This document shows positions 34,311 through 46,700 of a DNA stretch of 64,000 nucleotides, one piece after another (within the stretch, counting starts at the first letter, position 1; each line of letters opens with the position of its first letter). The position numbers were made by a program, and so were the translations under genes. The notes beneath the pieces were generated by a model. The model ran no database searches, had not been told where the DNA came from, and saw only the letters and a list, made by a program, of their open reading frames with translations. The DNA comes from Euprymna scolopes (lineage: Eukaryota): the NCBI GenBank assembly GCA_053919585.1, contig CM132810.1; one strand, given 5' to 3'.

Positions 34311-37300
34311 TGTTGTGTAGATGTATGACGAAATGTGAGCGGCGAGGAGATGTAGGAGTGCCAGTTTCAGGGGCATAATTTTCGATGTCTGCCAGATAAT
34401 TAATAGCAGAGTCGTTAGTGACGCTTGGTGGAGGAGGATGATCAAGGCTAGACTTGATAAGATCCTCCGTAGCAGCAAGTTTAGGCTGTGAATAGTTGTT
34501 TTCGTCACCAAGTGTAGCAATATAGCGTAGTGACACTGTCGTTTCTCGCCTATTATTAAGTTGCACATACCCATAGTTTGGATTGACATCCAGAATTTCC
34601 ACTGTCTCAACTAAGGGTTCATATTTACTTCCGCGTACATGGCATCTCAGGAGCGCAGATTTTGATTTGGCTAACCAAGTTGGTATAGAATTGCCAGACA
34701 CAGATTTCCTTTGGAAATTAAACAGACGTTCATGAGGGGTGCAGTTGGAGACGGTAGAGAGCAATGAGCGTATGCAGTGTAGTGCTACATCTAGCACCTT
34801 TTCCCAGCTAGTTATGGGGAGATTGTTTGATCATAGAGCGAGGCTAACTGTTTGCCAGATGATTCCGTTATATCTCTCCACTTGGCCGTTGCCTTGTGGA
34901 TTAAATGCAGTTGTTTGACTAGTAGCAATACACCGAGAGAGAAGGAATTCCTTGAGTTCGTCGGACATGAAAGCAGTGCCTTGATCCGAATGTATGTATG
35001 AAGGATTTCTGAAAATAGAAAATAGACTGGTAAGGTGTTTCTTGACAGTTGCTGCCGAGACATCTGCACAAGGGTAAGCAAAAGGGAAACGGGAGTATTC
35101 GTCTACTACAGTTAGCAAAAATCGATTTCGAAAATTTGTTGGCAAAGGTCCCTTAAATCTATACTTAACCTCTCAAAGGGTTGACTTGCCTTAATAAGCG
35201 TTTGAGGCGGAGTTTTAACAAATCTAGGCTTTATCTCAGAACAGATCTGGCATTATCTGGTTACTGCTCTTACATCATCTATGCATATTCTTGCTTCTAA
35301 CAAAGTGCACTATTCGGGTTACTCCAGGGTGACACAAATCCCTGTGCAGAGCATATAGTTTCTCGATAGAAATTGTGGCTGAGCAAATTCGAGATAGAGC
35401 ATCTGCAACTGCATTTTGTTTTCCTGGACGATAAGTTATGTCGTAGCTGAAGCAGGCGAGTTCTAGCTTCCATCTTGTGATCTTCTCATTTTTTATTTTG
35501 CTCTTGCTTTTGGGGTTGAACATAAAAGAAACAGATTTTTGATCCGTGACAAGTTTAAAATGTTTTCCAAGTAGTAGGTGTCGCCATTTTCGAATGGCTT
35601 CTACGATAGCATAGGCGTCTTTTTCAACTGAAGAGTGTTTCTGTTCAGCAGATGTTAAAGTCCTAGAAAAGAAAGCCACAGGACGACCATTTTGGGTGAG
35701 CAAGGCGGCGATGGCATGTTCTGAAGCATCTGTTTCGACCTCAAATGGTAGAGTTGAGTCTATGGCTACGAGGGATGCTTTTGGAATTTCTTTCTTCAGA
35801 TGCTTGAAGGCATCCGTTTGTTCCTCGTTGAGGGGAAAGTGGGTGACCCTAGTTAAAGGATGTAGTTTTTCTGAAAAGTTTGAGACCCACCTGGACTAGT
35901 GGGAAAACATCCCCATAGCTCGCCGAAGAGAAGTATGGTCTAGAGGTAGAGGGAGGTCCACCAATCCCTTGAGTCTGTCGGGGTCGGGTCTTACTGAACC
36001 ACTGCTTATTGTATATCCGAGCAGATTCACAGAGCTAAGCGAATAATGGCATTTGTTTTTATTCAGTGTCAAACCGTACTTATCCACGCTATTCATGAAC
36101 TGCTTCAGATGGTTATCATGTTCTGCCTGGTTTTGGCCACAGATAATGACATTATCAATGTAGGCATAAGTTCCTTTGAGGTCTTCTTGCTTGATTATGC
36201 CATCCATAACTCGCTGGAAGCTAGCTACCCCATTGGTCACTCCAAAAGGTATCTGACAAAATTGGTAGAGGCTCCCTGCAGCTTCGAATGCAGTATATTT
36301 TCTTTCTTCTGGTCTGATGGCAACCTGGTGATACACACTGGTTAAATCCAGATTGCTAAATACTTTATAACCAGCAATCTCGTTTACCATGTCCTCTATC
36401 CAAGGTAGGGGATAAGCGTCCAGAAGAGTAAATCTGTTTATTGTCTGGGAATAATCTACTATGAGTCTCTTCTTGTGGTTATCAGGGGATATCACAAGCA
36501 TTTGAGCTCGCCATGGAGACTGAGAGGGTTCGATAATCCCTTCCTTCAGTATGCGTGATATTTCAGATTTGATGAATTTAGCACCTGGTAGGCTGTGCCT
36601 CCTTGATTTTACTGCTATTGAACGACAGTCGGGGGTTAGGTTCATAAACAGAGAAAGATAAGGGATATTATTAATTGCTGTCAATCCACAAATCGTAAGA
36701 GGTGGGAGCTGTCCTCCAAAAGGTATTTTCACATGTTGGCATAGGAAATTATGTCCGAGGATGATGTCACAGCATAAGTCGGCCATAACAGCTAGTTTGA
36801 CATCATCATATTTTCTTCTGCCCAGATTGAGGGATACTATGCAATGCCCGAGAGTAGAGGACGAATGCGAACTGCTAGCCATAAAAATTTTTCTCGAACT
36901 TGCCATGGTCGACAGTCCCAGCCTTTTCACCTTATCAGGATGAATGAAGTTTTCTAAGCTTCCCATATCAATGAGTATATTAACAGACTTGCCCTTAATT
37001 TTACCACAAACGATGAGTGAGATAGACTCTCTGTAAAATTGTAAGATGGAATAGAAGCAAGAATCAACTCACCGTGATTTATAGCGGCTGCTGTAGGGGA
37101 TCGGCAGACACAAGCAAAATGTCCTTTCTTGTTGCAATTCTTGCAAACGGAGCTTCGGGCAGGGCACCTAAATCTATCGTGTCTTGGGTTCCCACAGAAG
37201 AAGCATTTTTGTCCCGAGGCAGCAGTTATAGTGCGTCCCTCACCACAATCAGACTGGTCATCACTCTCTGTAACTTCGGTCCGGACAGTGGAGGCAGATT

Positions 37301-38310
37301 TTTTTTTTTACACAGTGATCACCACTTATCAAGGCCCGGAAGCCACTCAGGGATTCAGCTAGATGGGTGTTTTTCGTGAAAGATTGGCGAGGGGGGACCA
37401 GAGATTGGAGTTCAGACGAGCACCTGCCATGGAAATAACGATAAAACAAGGATAGGCTCGCAACGTCTCTTCTGTGGGAGAGAGGTTGCAGGGTAGAGAA
37501 AAGGGCATCCCTATCATCCAGGATAGGCTGTTTTTATGGCAGATGCATTCAGAGAGTTCTGTAGGGAGTAAGAGGCTAATTGCTTTTGCGTCATTTCGAG
37601 GGTTAAAGCCTGGTCATATGTCATGCTTAAATCCAGCTTCTTGTTCTCCAGGAGTCTCTGTCGTATATGATTGGAAGAAATTCCATTGATGAAGGCGTCT
37701 CTGACGTAGTTATCCCTTGCCTGAGTAGCTGTGATGGCTTGGAACTCGCAGTCCTTGGCGAGTTTATTAAGGGCCTGTAAATATTGGTCTACACTTTCGT
37801 CCGTTTGTTGACGATGAGTAGCCAGTAAATGTCTGCAGAATATAGTATTTTTAGGCTGCACGAACACAGCTTCGAGATCGTCCATGTCCGATATATATTT
37901 GAATATAGTTGTAGAGACAAGGTTAATTAGTAAACATAGTTTTTGTCTGTCTGTTAGAGGAGTCTGCTGCGTTTCGCCGACCTTGTCAAGAAAGATGTGA
38001 AAAGATTTTTTCCAGTGACGCCATGTGTCTGCCGCGTCCGATTTACTGCCGTCCACATCTAGTCAGTCTGGTTTCAGATATTTTTCCATCCTTTACTTTT
38101 TAGCTGAATAAGTTGTTGTGTAGATGTATGACGAAATGAGACTGAAGATTTATATAGCTTGTATAAAGCTTTATTCAGCTAAAAAGAACAAGGGGCAAAA
38201 CAAGGGGAAAAGAAAGATGGCCGATCGCTGCTACTACTAGAAGGAGAGAGAAACAGGGGAGGTAATTCGGGGTAGGGAAGAAAAAGAAGAGTTCTTTTAT
38301 TTTCAGGTCA
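34311..38310 (-). mobile_element. Ty3/Gypsy LTR retrotransposon (gag-CCHC, PR, RT, RNase H, IN), degenerate, with 5-bp TSD ACTAG
   Basis: TSD at 34306-34310 and 38311-38315, with TG...CA ends. 5' LTR at 38114-38310; 3' LTR reduced to ~25 bp (34311-34335). ORFs 37514..38056 (gag), 35896..36966 (RT, YIDN), 35275..35703 (RNase H) and 34210..35145 (IN). Confidence 0.95.
37300..37537 (-). mobile_element. Short deleted 3' copy of the 50824-54390 LINE family nested in Gypsy gag, with 7-bp TSD GGCAGAT
   Basis: Near-identical to 50835-50888 plus 51127-51340. TSD at 37293-37299 and 37538-37544. Confidence 0.9.
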
Positions 38311-39129
38311 ACTAGCATTAAATGTTACCATCCATTTGCGGCCCCAGGTCATTTTCTATCGATTCTACCATTGTCTTAGATTTATGTACATCTATTCTTC
38401 CCTCATGCATCTTAAAGAGCATTGTATCATCATACAAATATACAGAAAGCACAAGTTCCTATCTTTTGCGATTCTATGGGTTCTCTGATTATTTCCGCAT
38501 GCTTTCTTTTGGCTGTTGCTATTTCATTCTTAAAATGATTTCTAGCATTTACAAATTTTTGCCTATTTGTATTTGACTCATGCATATATCTATCCGAATC
38601 CTTACAGCAAAGAATAATCCTGTCATGTTAAAGTAGTTAGAGGGGATTGAAGAGTGTAAGTTTGTTTCACCTAATGCTAAGATATCTGGGGAGTTTACTA
38701 AAAGGTAAGACTCTACATCATCTATATTACCTCTAAGCCCATGGATATTTGTGAAAGTGAGCCTCAAGGCTGGAGTCGAATTGGTTTTGTTTGGGTGGTT
38801 GTCTGGTTTTACCATGATATTTGTTTGGGCTGTCATTTCATTACGTTTTTGTCTAATGTCAGGTTAGGAGAAGAGTGTAGAGCAAAGTGGTCAATTAGTG
38901 GAGTCCTATCTAGAAAGTTGTGGCCTCGTGAAAGCCCACCAGAGATAGCAGCAGGGTCCCTTTCCATGTGCGACATGGCACTACAAATATCCTGATATTA
39001 TACAACTGATGATAGAGCACCCACTCTAAGCGCTACCAAAGAGTTAGGGCCCCTGTACTGTCAGACAAACTGCCAATCAGGTACCTTCAACCTCTCAAAT
39101 CTAGTGAGCACAAGTGGCATGCAAGCAAA

Positions 39130-39525
39130 CCCAATTTGCTCAGTTTCTGAGAGAAAGAGAAAAATTTTAAATAGGGAATAGGAGAACGACCTTCAATATC
39201 CTTGTCAAGAGTGGCTCAGGTGAGTCCCTGGTATTGTACCTCTGCACCTGGCTAATAGACAAAGAAGGAGTGTGAAAGCCAGCGATAGGCAGAGCCAATC
39301 TACTCTTTAAGCAAGTTAGGTTTGCAACCCGGGAATTTGTTTGAGTCACCAGCTCTAGGAAGGTTATCGTCCATAACTGAGGAGGCCTTCCTCCCTCAGT
39401 TTTATTGTAAGAGTTTTCTTTCTCTTAGATGGATGATCTGACAAGATCTACAGGTCCATCAAACCGAGAGGGGTAACCATACGCCTGGTTTCTACACCAA
39501 ATATTTCTGCACCCTCGCATGGATG
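39130..39525 (-). mobile_element. RTE-like 5' UTR fragment
   Basis: GAGTTTTCTTTCTCTTAGATGGATGATCTGACAAG resembles the RTE 5' UTR motif I recall (GAGTTTTCCTTCTCCTAGA...). Confidence 0.45.
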
Positions 39526-40219
39526 AAGATATTGAGTTTATTACTTCAAAGTTTTTTCTATTCTACATAAATAAGCGGAAGATTGGTGATAGATTCCCCT
39601 CTAACAGTTACAAGAAATTGTATTTGGGTGATATTGCAGGACTTTTCAGTATTTATAGATCTCTTAAACCAAAAAGTTCTCGAAAGACTAAATGCATGAC
39701 TGCAGAAAAAACTTATAGAACTTTGAAACTATTTCACAGATGCATTTAACAATTTAGGATTTCTGCTACAAATGACTTTGATGAAGCATTACAACACTGC
39801 ATACGTTTTTAATGAATAACTTTCAACAAAAACACTTTAAAAACATGTCGTATCACATAAAAACTGATCTTACTAAGATGTGTGCTGACAGATGTGTTAT
39901 ATGTTCATGAATGTGTCAATTAGATAGGCAAAAAAATAGAAAAGCACCAAAATATAATAATGTGTGGAGTGAATGAATCATATTAGAATAAGCCATAAAG
40001 ATGAAACTCACACTCATATCATATGCAGCTAAATGTGTTAGAGCACAAAAGAAAAACAACAGTCCATGAGAGCAAGGTATATCTAACAGGTATGGTGGAA
40101 AGATACAGAAAAAGTGATAGTGTGATCATTTATATTCCTGGATTTTCAAATCAGTTTGTCAGTTAAACAAAATAATGAGAGAGAGAAAATATCTTAGAGA
40201 GAATTTAAGATAGATTATA

Positions 40220-41030
40220 ACACATCACTCAATAAGTCTTGAGCTTAACTAATAAAATGGAGGCTTTTAGGCAAAATTCAAATTTATTCATCAACATAGT
40301 CTTGTTCTAGAATAATAATGAAGTCTTGTTCTAGAATAATAATGAAGTCTTGTTCTAGGATAATACACTGATTCCAATGCTAACAAGTCAATATCTTTTT
40401 GGTAGAATGATTTACATTTAACCTCAAAATATATCTCCATTTCTGATATCACTTCTACATTGGAGTCAAATTTCTTTTTTCTGGAGCATTCTTTTGAGGT
40501 ATGCAAACAGTTAATAGTCCCTGATGGCCAGATCTGGAGAATTGGATAGTTGTAGAACCAATTGAAATGAAATTCATATAGTTTTACCATAATTGTGATC
40601 AACTTAGGACATGGTGCATTGTCTTGGTGAAAGAGTACTTTTTCCTTTTCAGTTGGTGAATTCCTTCTTTAAACTCACCAATAATGCAATATTCTCTGTT
40701 GATGATTATTTCTTTCTCAAGGTAATTGATGAACAAAATACCTCATATATTCAAAAATACACAGGCCAAAAACCATTGTCTGCTAATATTTGCTTTTTTT
40801 TATGGCTTTAGATGGTTTTTCACTGTTAATTGCCGATTTGACTCCGGTGATCCATGTTTCATTTATTTTCACATATTGATGCAAAAAGTTTTTTCATTGC
40901 TTTATGCATTTGCTAATAGTAGCTTCACTTAAATATTGGTAAGTTGTAAACTTATAATCTGAAATAGCACACATTTTGACATATGCCATTTGAAGGTTAG
41001 TACTTTATAAAGATCATATGGATTTTTATT
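40220..41030 (-). mobile_element. Degenerate mariner element
   Basis: ORF 40291..40602 has KKFDSNVEVISEMEIYFEVKCKSFYQKDI. HQDNAP-like codons near 40620. Confidence 0.8.
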
Positions 41031-41246
41031 GCTGGCATCATCTATATGGTAGGCCTATTACTTATTGAGTGATGTGTTATTCTGCAGTATGTAGAGATAA
41101 TATAATGATAAAGATGTCATTTCAATTGTTTTAAATTTCCAATCCTCAGAAGACTAAGCCTTAAGCCATATGTCCATGAATGAAGTGTTTTTGTCTCTTA
41201 TTTCTTTCCAAGATGACAGCTCTCTTTTCTTTCTCTCTATGATTAG

Positions 41247-41328
41247 GTGTTGATTTTCAAACGAAGATTGTGAACGTTGATGGTCATACAATTGCTTTAC
41301 AACTTTGGGACACTGCTGGACAAGAAAG
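41247..41328 (+). CDS. RASEF: RASEF Rab domain exon ([27 protein letters not shown]), phase 1-2
   Basis: ttAG acceptor and GTATTC donor. Carries RabF1 (GVDF) and G3 (WDTAGQE). Not in the ORF track. Confidence 0.96.
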
Positions 41329-43268
41329 GTATTCTTGTTTGTTACATTTCAACATTTTGGTGAACATTTATTAGACATTTTTCTGAAAAATGTTTACATT
41401 TCTAAACTGACAGCTAAAATAATTGCAAGAATTTGTTGCTTTTTCAAACTGAAAAATTTTTCCAAAAATGATTGATGTTATAATCTTTGCAAAGTTTTAA
41501 AGAAAATCACATGAAACTCATCCAAAACTTTTTTTTCATGTAAGAATTTCAGATCTGTAACTCTATTTATCTTAGTGTTGGTAAACTGTAAAACTATTGT
41601 TTGTCATCATTAAAATGCTAAGTCTAAACAAAAATCTACTACTTCATAAATATTAAGACAAGATAATTAGGATTGAAATGAAACCCAGATTAAAATGTTT
41701 TAATTTTTTTCTTAGGGTGAATCTATTTCTAAGTTTTAATGCTTCTTCTGCAACAATAATCATCAAAATCTAAAAATACATGAAAAAAATATGCGTATGA
41801 ATTTTAAAATTTTATTTTTAATACTCATTAAAAGAGAGCATGAAGAAAAAAACAATATCCTCATAATTTTGTATTTTTGAGCTCAGATTGTAAATGTTCA
41901 GCAAAAAATATTGCAATTTTACTCTTGTTACTGAATAATTCTGATGAAGCAATTTTGTAGACTGCATTTAATAATAATTTTATTTTACTTTATTATTCTT
42001 ATTTTGTAACTCCAGTATGTTAAGCTTATACTAAAAATCTGCTGTGTACGTCAGTGATTAGCTGTTTGTACATCAGTAAATCAGCTGCTCTCGTATTTTC
42101 ATCTTCAGTTTGTAAGAAAAATCCAAACATTTTTAAGGCTGCTGTAGGCTCATTCTCTGTTTAAGTGATTTGAACTTTTATTTCTGGTTGATTTCTATTT
42201 AAACATTTCATTTCAACATCAATTCAACATACAAGGAAATATACACACACAAATATATAACATTCTATATCTCATGTTATGCTATTGTGAGCTAATTAAC
42301 TGCTGCAATGTTTTATCTTTACATATTCAATCTTCATTGACCTGCCTGATTTCAAATATAATCAGTGACTATTACTGAGAAAAAAATCAGCTGTTTTTCT
42401 GGCTTTTTTCATTCCAACTGATGTTCGCAATCAATCCAACAGACAAAGAGCTGCTATGGTAGCATCAGGCCCTCTTTGTTGGGATGTGGTATGGTTTAGG
42501 CATTAGGTATCAATTAATAAATATTTCTAAAATTTTAGGTTCTTTAGAGTATTTTAAAGGGTCTTTATAGACATAATTTGGGCACAACCATTTGAAAATT
42601 CAAATATTTCAGATTTGCATTAAATTTGATCTATGAAATAAAGAAGATTCCTTAAATTTCAATTTCTCCTTGAAGCTGTAACCTTAAACTTTAAATATTT
42701 TCTAGAATACACAGCATCTAATGAATTTTGATAAAAAGTTGTATAAGAATTCTAAACATAAGGTTTAGTAGTATTATATCTTGATTTTGACCTTTTTAAG
42801 TAGACATAAAAGTGGTGCAAAACTGTTCTTTTTCAAGGAGTTAATTTTACCTGTCCTGAGACGGGTATTTTTTAGTTTTATTATAAAACTTGAAAAAGAC
42901 ACACAAACTGTAAAAGATGAATTGCTAAAAATCGAATGCATAATTTTATTGACACAATAATTAAACATATTTTTACCAAATAATAAAATAATTTTTTCAT
43001 GAAGGAAAATTATCTAAAGAAACATAGAATTCCTTAAAAAATGGCCTTAAATAATAAATAATAATGATATCAAAAGTTTTAATGTTTGAAGATTAACTCA
43101 TCTTTTATAGAATCTGAAAATAAATGATTTTTTCTAAATATTTTTGTATTAAAACTTTATTTCCAACAAATTTGATGCGTGTATTTTTTAATTAAATTCA
43201 AACATTTGGTTTGCTTTTAAATTTAGAAATATTTACTTTTTCCCCCTCTTTTTATTCATTTCATTTAG

Positions 43269-43383
43269 ATTTCGAAGCATTGCAAAATCTTATTTCCGGC
43301 GAGCTGATGGTGTCTTGCTATTGTACGACTGTACTTATGAGCGATCTTTTTTGAATGTCAGAGAATGGTTACATGCCATCGAA
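43269..43383 (+). CDS. RASEF: RASEF Rab domain exon ([39 protein letters not shown]), phase 2-0
   Basis: tttAG acceptor and GTAAGC donor. Carries the RabF3-F5 motifs. Confidence 0.96.
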
Positions 43384-43639
43384 GTAAGCCATTCTTCTAT
43401 TTTTTTGTTAACCCTTTTTTCTCACACTCTCTCAGTGTTCTCTTTATAAGTTAACAATAAAACGACACATTTGGTTAGGGTGTTTTATTTTACAGTTTTG
43501 AGGTTAGCACCCCTCCATATTTTATTGTACAAGAATGTGCAAATTAGTTAACTTTATTTACGTTTATATCACGTGTCGATGACTGGGTATATTAAGAAGT
43601 TTGTTATAATAATTTCTAAATAGAAAAAGGAGACTTTTA

Positions 43640-43727
43640 ATATCAATATAAGTACAATGAAAAACTAAACTTTATATATATATATATATATATAAAGTTT
43701 AGTTTTTCATTGTACTTATATTGATAT
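43640..43727. repeat. Perfect 88-bp AT-rich palindrome centred on (AT)10
   Basis: ATATCAATATAAGTACAATGAAAAACTAAACTTT(AT)10AAAGTTTAGTTTTTCATTGTACTTATATTGATAT. Confidence 0.95.
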
Positions 43728-43740
43728 ATATATATATATA

Positions 43741-46700
43741 CTAGCATTTCAGCCTGGCGTTGCCCGGGTATTTGGAGGTGTATGTTGAGCAAAAAAAAAA
43801 AAGGGGGGGTAGTAGGAAGACAGGCTCGAACACGTACCGCAAAGAAGGAAAAGAATGGGGGAAAAAACCTGACTTCTTTGCTGTTACGACCATCACAATA
43901 CCGGAAGTGACATAGGTTTAAAGGAAGGCTAGACAATCAAAAGGAGAGGATGACTTTAAAAAATATCGGTGAAAAAGCGACCCCCCCCCTGTAGAAAAGT
44001 GCCTAGTTGAAGGTGAAGATATTAATATTTTTAGCCAATGTTTGGATATTTGTTGTATGAAAGGTCAAACTTCAAAACGATACTGATCTTGGTAAAATCT
44101 GTCACCTCTGTCGAAAGTTTTAGGCAGACATGCAAACATACATACATACATACATTTATATATTGGTAACTAAAAATTTTCGACCCAAACCGATTAAAAA
44201 GCTTGCCCTATCTCTGAATAACCTTTATGTAAAATTTCAAATGTTTAGACCAGAAATTGTCTGAGTAATTTGGTAGCGACCGCAGAGGTCAATGTTTTAA
44301 AAAGTTTTGACCTCTATTATGACCCCTTAAAATTTATTGTTTTGGGCTCAAATCGAGTTATTAAGTTAGATCCATGTCCAAGGAACCTATATCTAAAATT
44401 TCACGTGTTTAGACCCAAAATTGGTGGAGGATTTTAGTACAGTTCTCAAAGATCAAATCGTTGAACTTTGACCCCTTAACAGCCAAATTTCTGTCCGAAA
44501 ACCGATTACAAAGATTTTCCCAAATCTCACTACCCTGTATATCAAATTTCGAGTCTGTAGACTTAAAATTGACAGAGTTATTGTGTAGGGAAATGTACAC
44601 AGACACACAGACAGACACACAGACACGTTCACTTTTATAGATATACCAGCATTTCAGCCCGGCGTTGCCCGGGTGTTTGGAGGTGCATGTTGAGCAAAAA
44701 AAAAAAAAGAAAAAGAAAAAGAAAACGGTTAATTTTTTTTTACTTTGATCCCTATTATGACCCCTTAACATTTATTGTTTTGAGCTCAAATCAAGTTATT
44801 AAGTTAGATCCATGTCCAAGGAACCTATATCTAAAATTTCAATTGCCGAAAACCGATCAAATAGATTTTCCCAAATCTCAGTACCCTGTATATCAAATTT
44901 CGAGTCTGTAGACTAAAAATTGACAGAGTTATTGTGTAGACAGACACAGACAGGCACACAGACACACAGACACATTCACTTTTATAGATATACTAGCATG
45001 GATACCCGGCGACGCCTGGGTTGACATGAAATTCCGTTTGGCACAAATCTGCTATACTAAGGATATTAATCATTTTCATAGTGGGCAGCGTCAATACTCT
45101 CATAACAATTTCAAAAATAAAAGAACAGATAAAAACATGTAAATGTAATCGCCCCCCCTCCCAAAAAAAAGTACATGATACCCTCTCCACTAGATATTTC
45201 GGCAGAATAAATACAAAGAGAAGAAACTGTTCTCCAGACATTGAGCACTTTTTGTTGCTCATGCGCTGGACCTCACCCCCGCCAATAGATAAATAAATAA
45301 ATAAAATAAATAAAAAATAAATGAATCAAAACAACATTTTTGTTTCAATAAAAATAGCAGCGAGTGGCGGAGTGACTGAAAAAAAAAAAGCCTGAAAAGC
45401 GAATAAAGGGAAAAGCTAATTTGCTCAGTGGAGAGAATAATAACGTTATAAACATTAACGCGTTTCAAAAGTTAAAGAACAAAATGAAATTCTTTTTATT
45501 GGCTTTTTTTTTTCTTGTTTGTTGTTTTTATTTCATTGGCTTTTTTCTTTTTCGTCAATAAAAGAAATTTTCGATTTCTTTTTTTCGAGGGGGGGGGTTA
45601 ATTCCCGGAACGTTCAAAGATTTTGTATAGTCGTTTCAAGAATAATAAAAACAAACAAATGAGATCTTTTCGTTTATTCGTAATGTATTTCTTTATTTAT
45701 TTTTTAATATTTAAACATAAATCAAAACATGTTTCTGTCTACACGAAATTATGTTTTCACGCTAGAAACTTATTAGCAAATTATTTTATGTGGGGAAGAG
45801 TTTCTTTTTTTTATCTTTCGAACTTCGGAACATGTAAAAAAACTCGTCAGGGGAAATAACTCTACCCGTTACTAAAAATAATGAATGTCGGAAATAATAA
45901 TTCCAAATAAATGAAATTAAATATATTATCAATATAATTGCTATGGAAAGTTGATGAAATAACAATCTTTAATAGAACACTTAAACTAACTCTCTTGATA
46001 GAAATTTAAACTAACATACAGCTATTTAATAAAATCGATTTTCGTTAACATATATGCAAATGAGGTAACCTCTTAATTGTATATTTTGAAAGAACCATAC
46101 TATATATATAGAAATAAATGAAATATTAAAATAATAGACCTTTTGTATAAATTAACTGTGAACACACAGACAGAAATACGAATTTATATATATATTAGCA
46201 GAAGTACCCGTCGTTGACTGGGTTCAAAAACAGCCTACAGAAAATGGACTGTGATTGATGAAAGTATGATAGGTTATGAAAAGGAGGGGGTTGTGAAGAG
46301 ATAGGTTTTGATACTCAAAAATTTTACCCTAAGCAAAATATGATAAAAGTAAAGATAGTTTTTGCAAAAATATATTTTTTTATATCAACTTTGTTTCCAT
46401 TCGTAGCCAAGAGTGACCAACAAAATCATGTTCCTTACAAAGAGAAAATGTTATATATATAATAATATAAATATACAAGAAATAAATGTTACCATAGTCA
46501 ATAAAAGTTACTTTTATGGTAGAAAAGTTCATTGGTTTGTATTTTTAAGAAGTTTATAAAAAAATTTTTTTTTTTAAATTCACGAACTGGTTTAAAAATA
46601 ATCAAAATGGCAGCGACTTTGAAATGGAGAGCCTCATTTTCAATTTGAAGGAGGGGTACCTGAGCATTCTGTGTTAACAATTTAAGAGAGTTCCGTCAAC

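Larger units (their letters stand above)
33580..39100 (-). mobile_element. Internally deleted CR1-clade LINE split by a Gypsy insertion
   Basis: Poly-T at 33580-33592 with a 3' UTR like that at 5460-5527. APE N-terminus (TNIHGLRGN..PDILALGET) at 38549-38836. The frame FNAS|KSKLL is restored across the Gypsy TSD. Confidence 0.82.
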
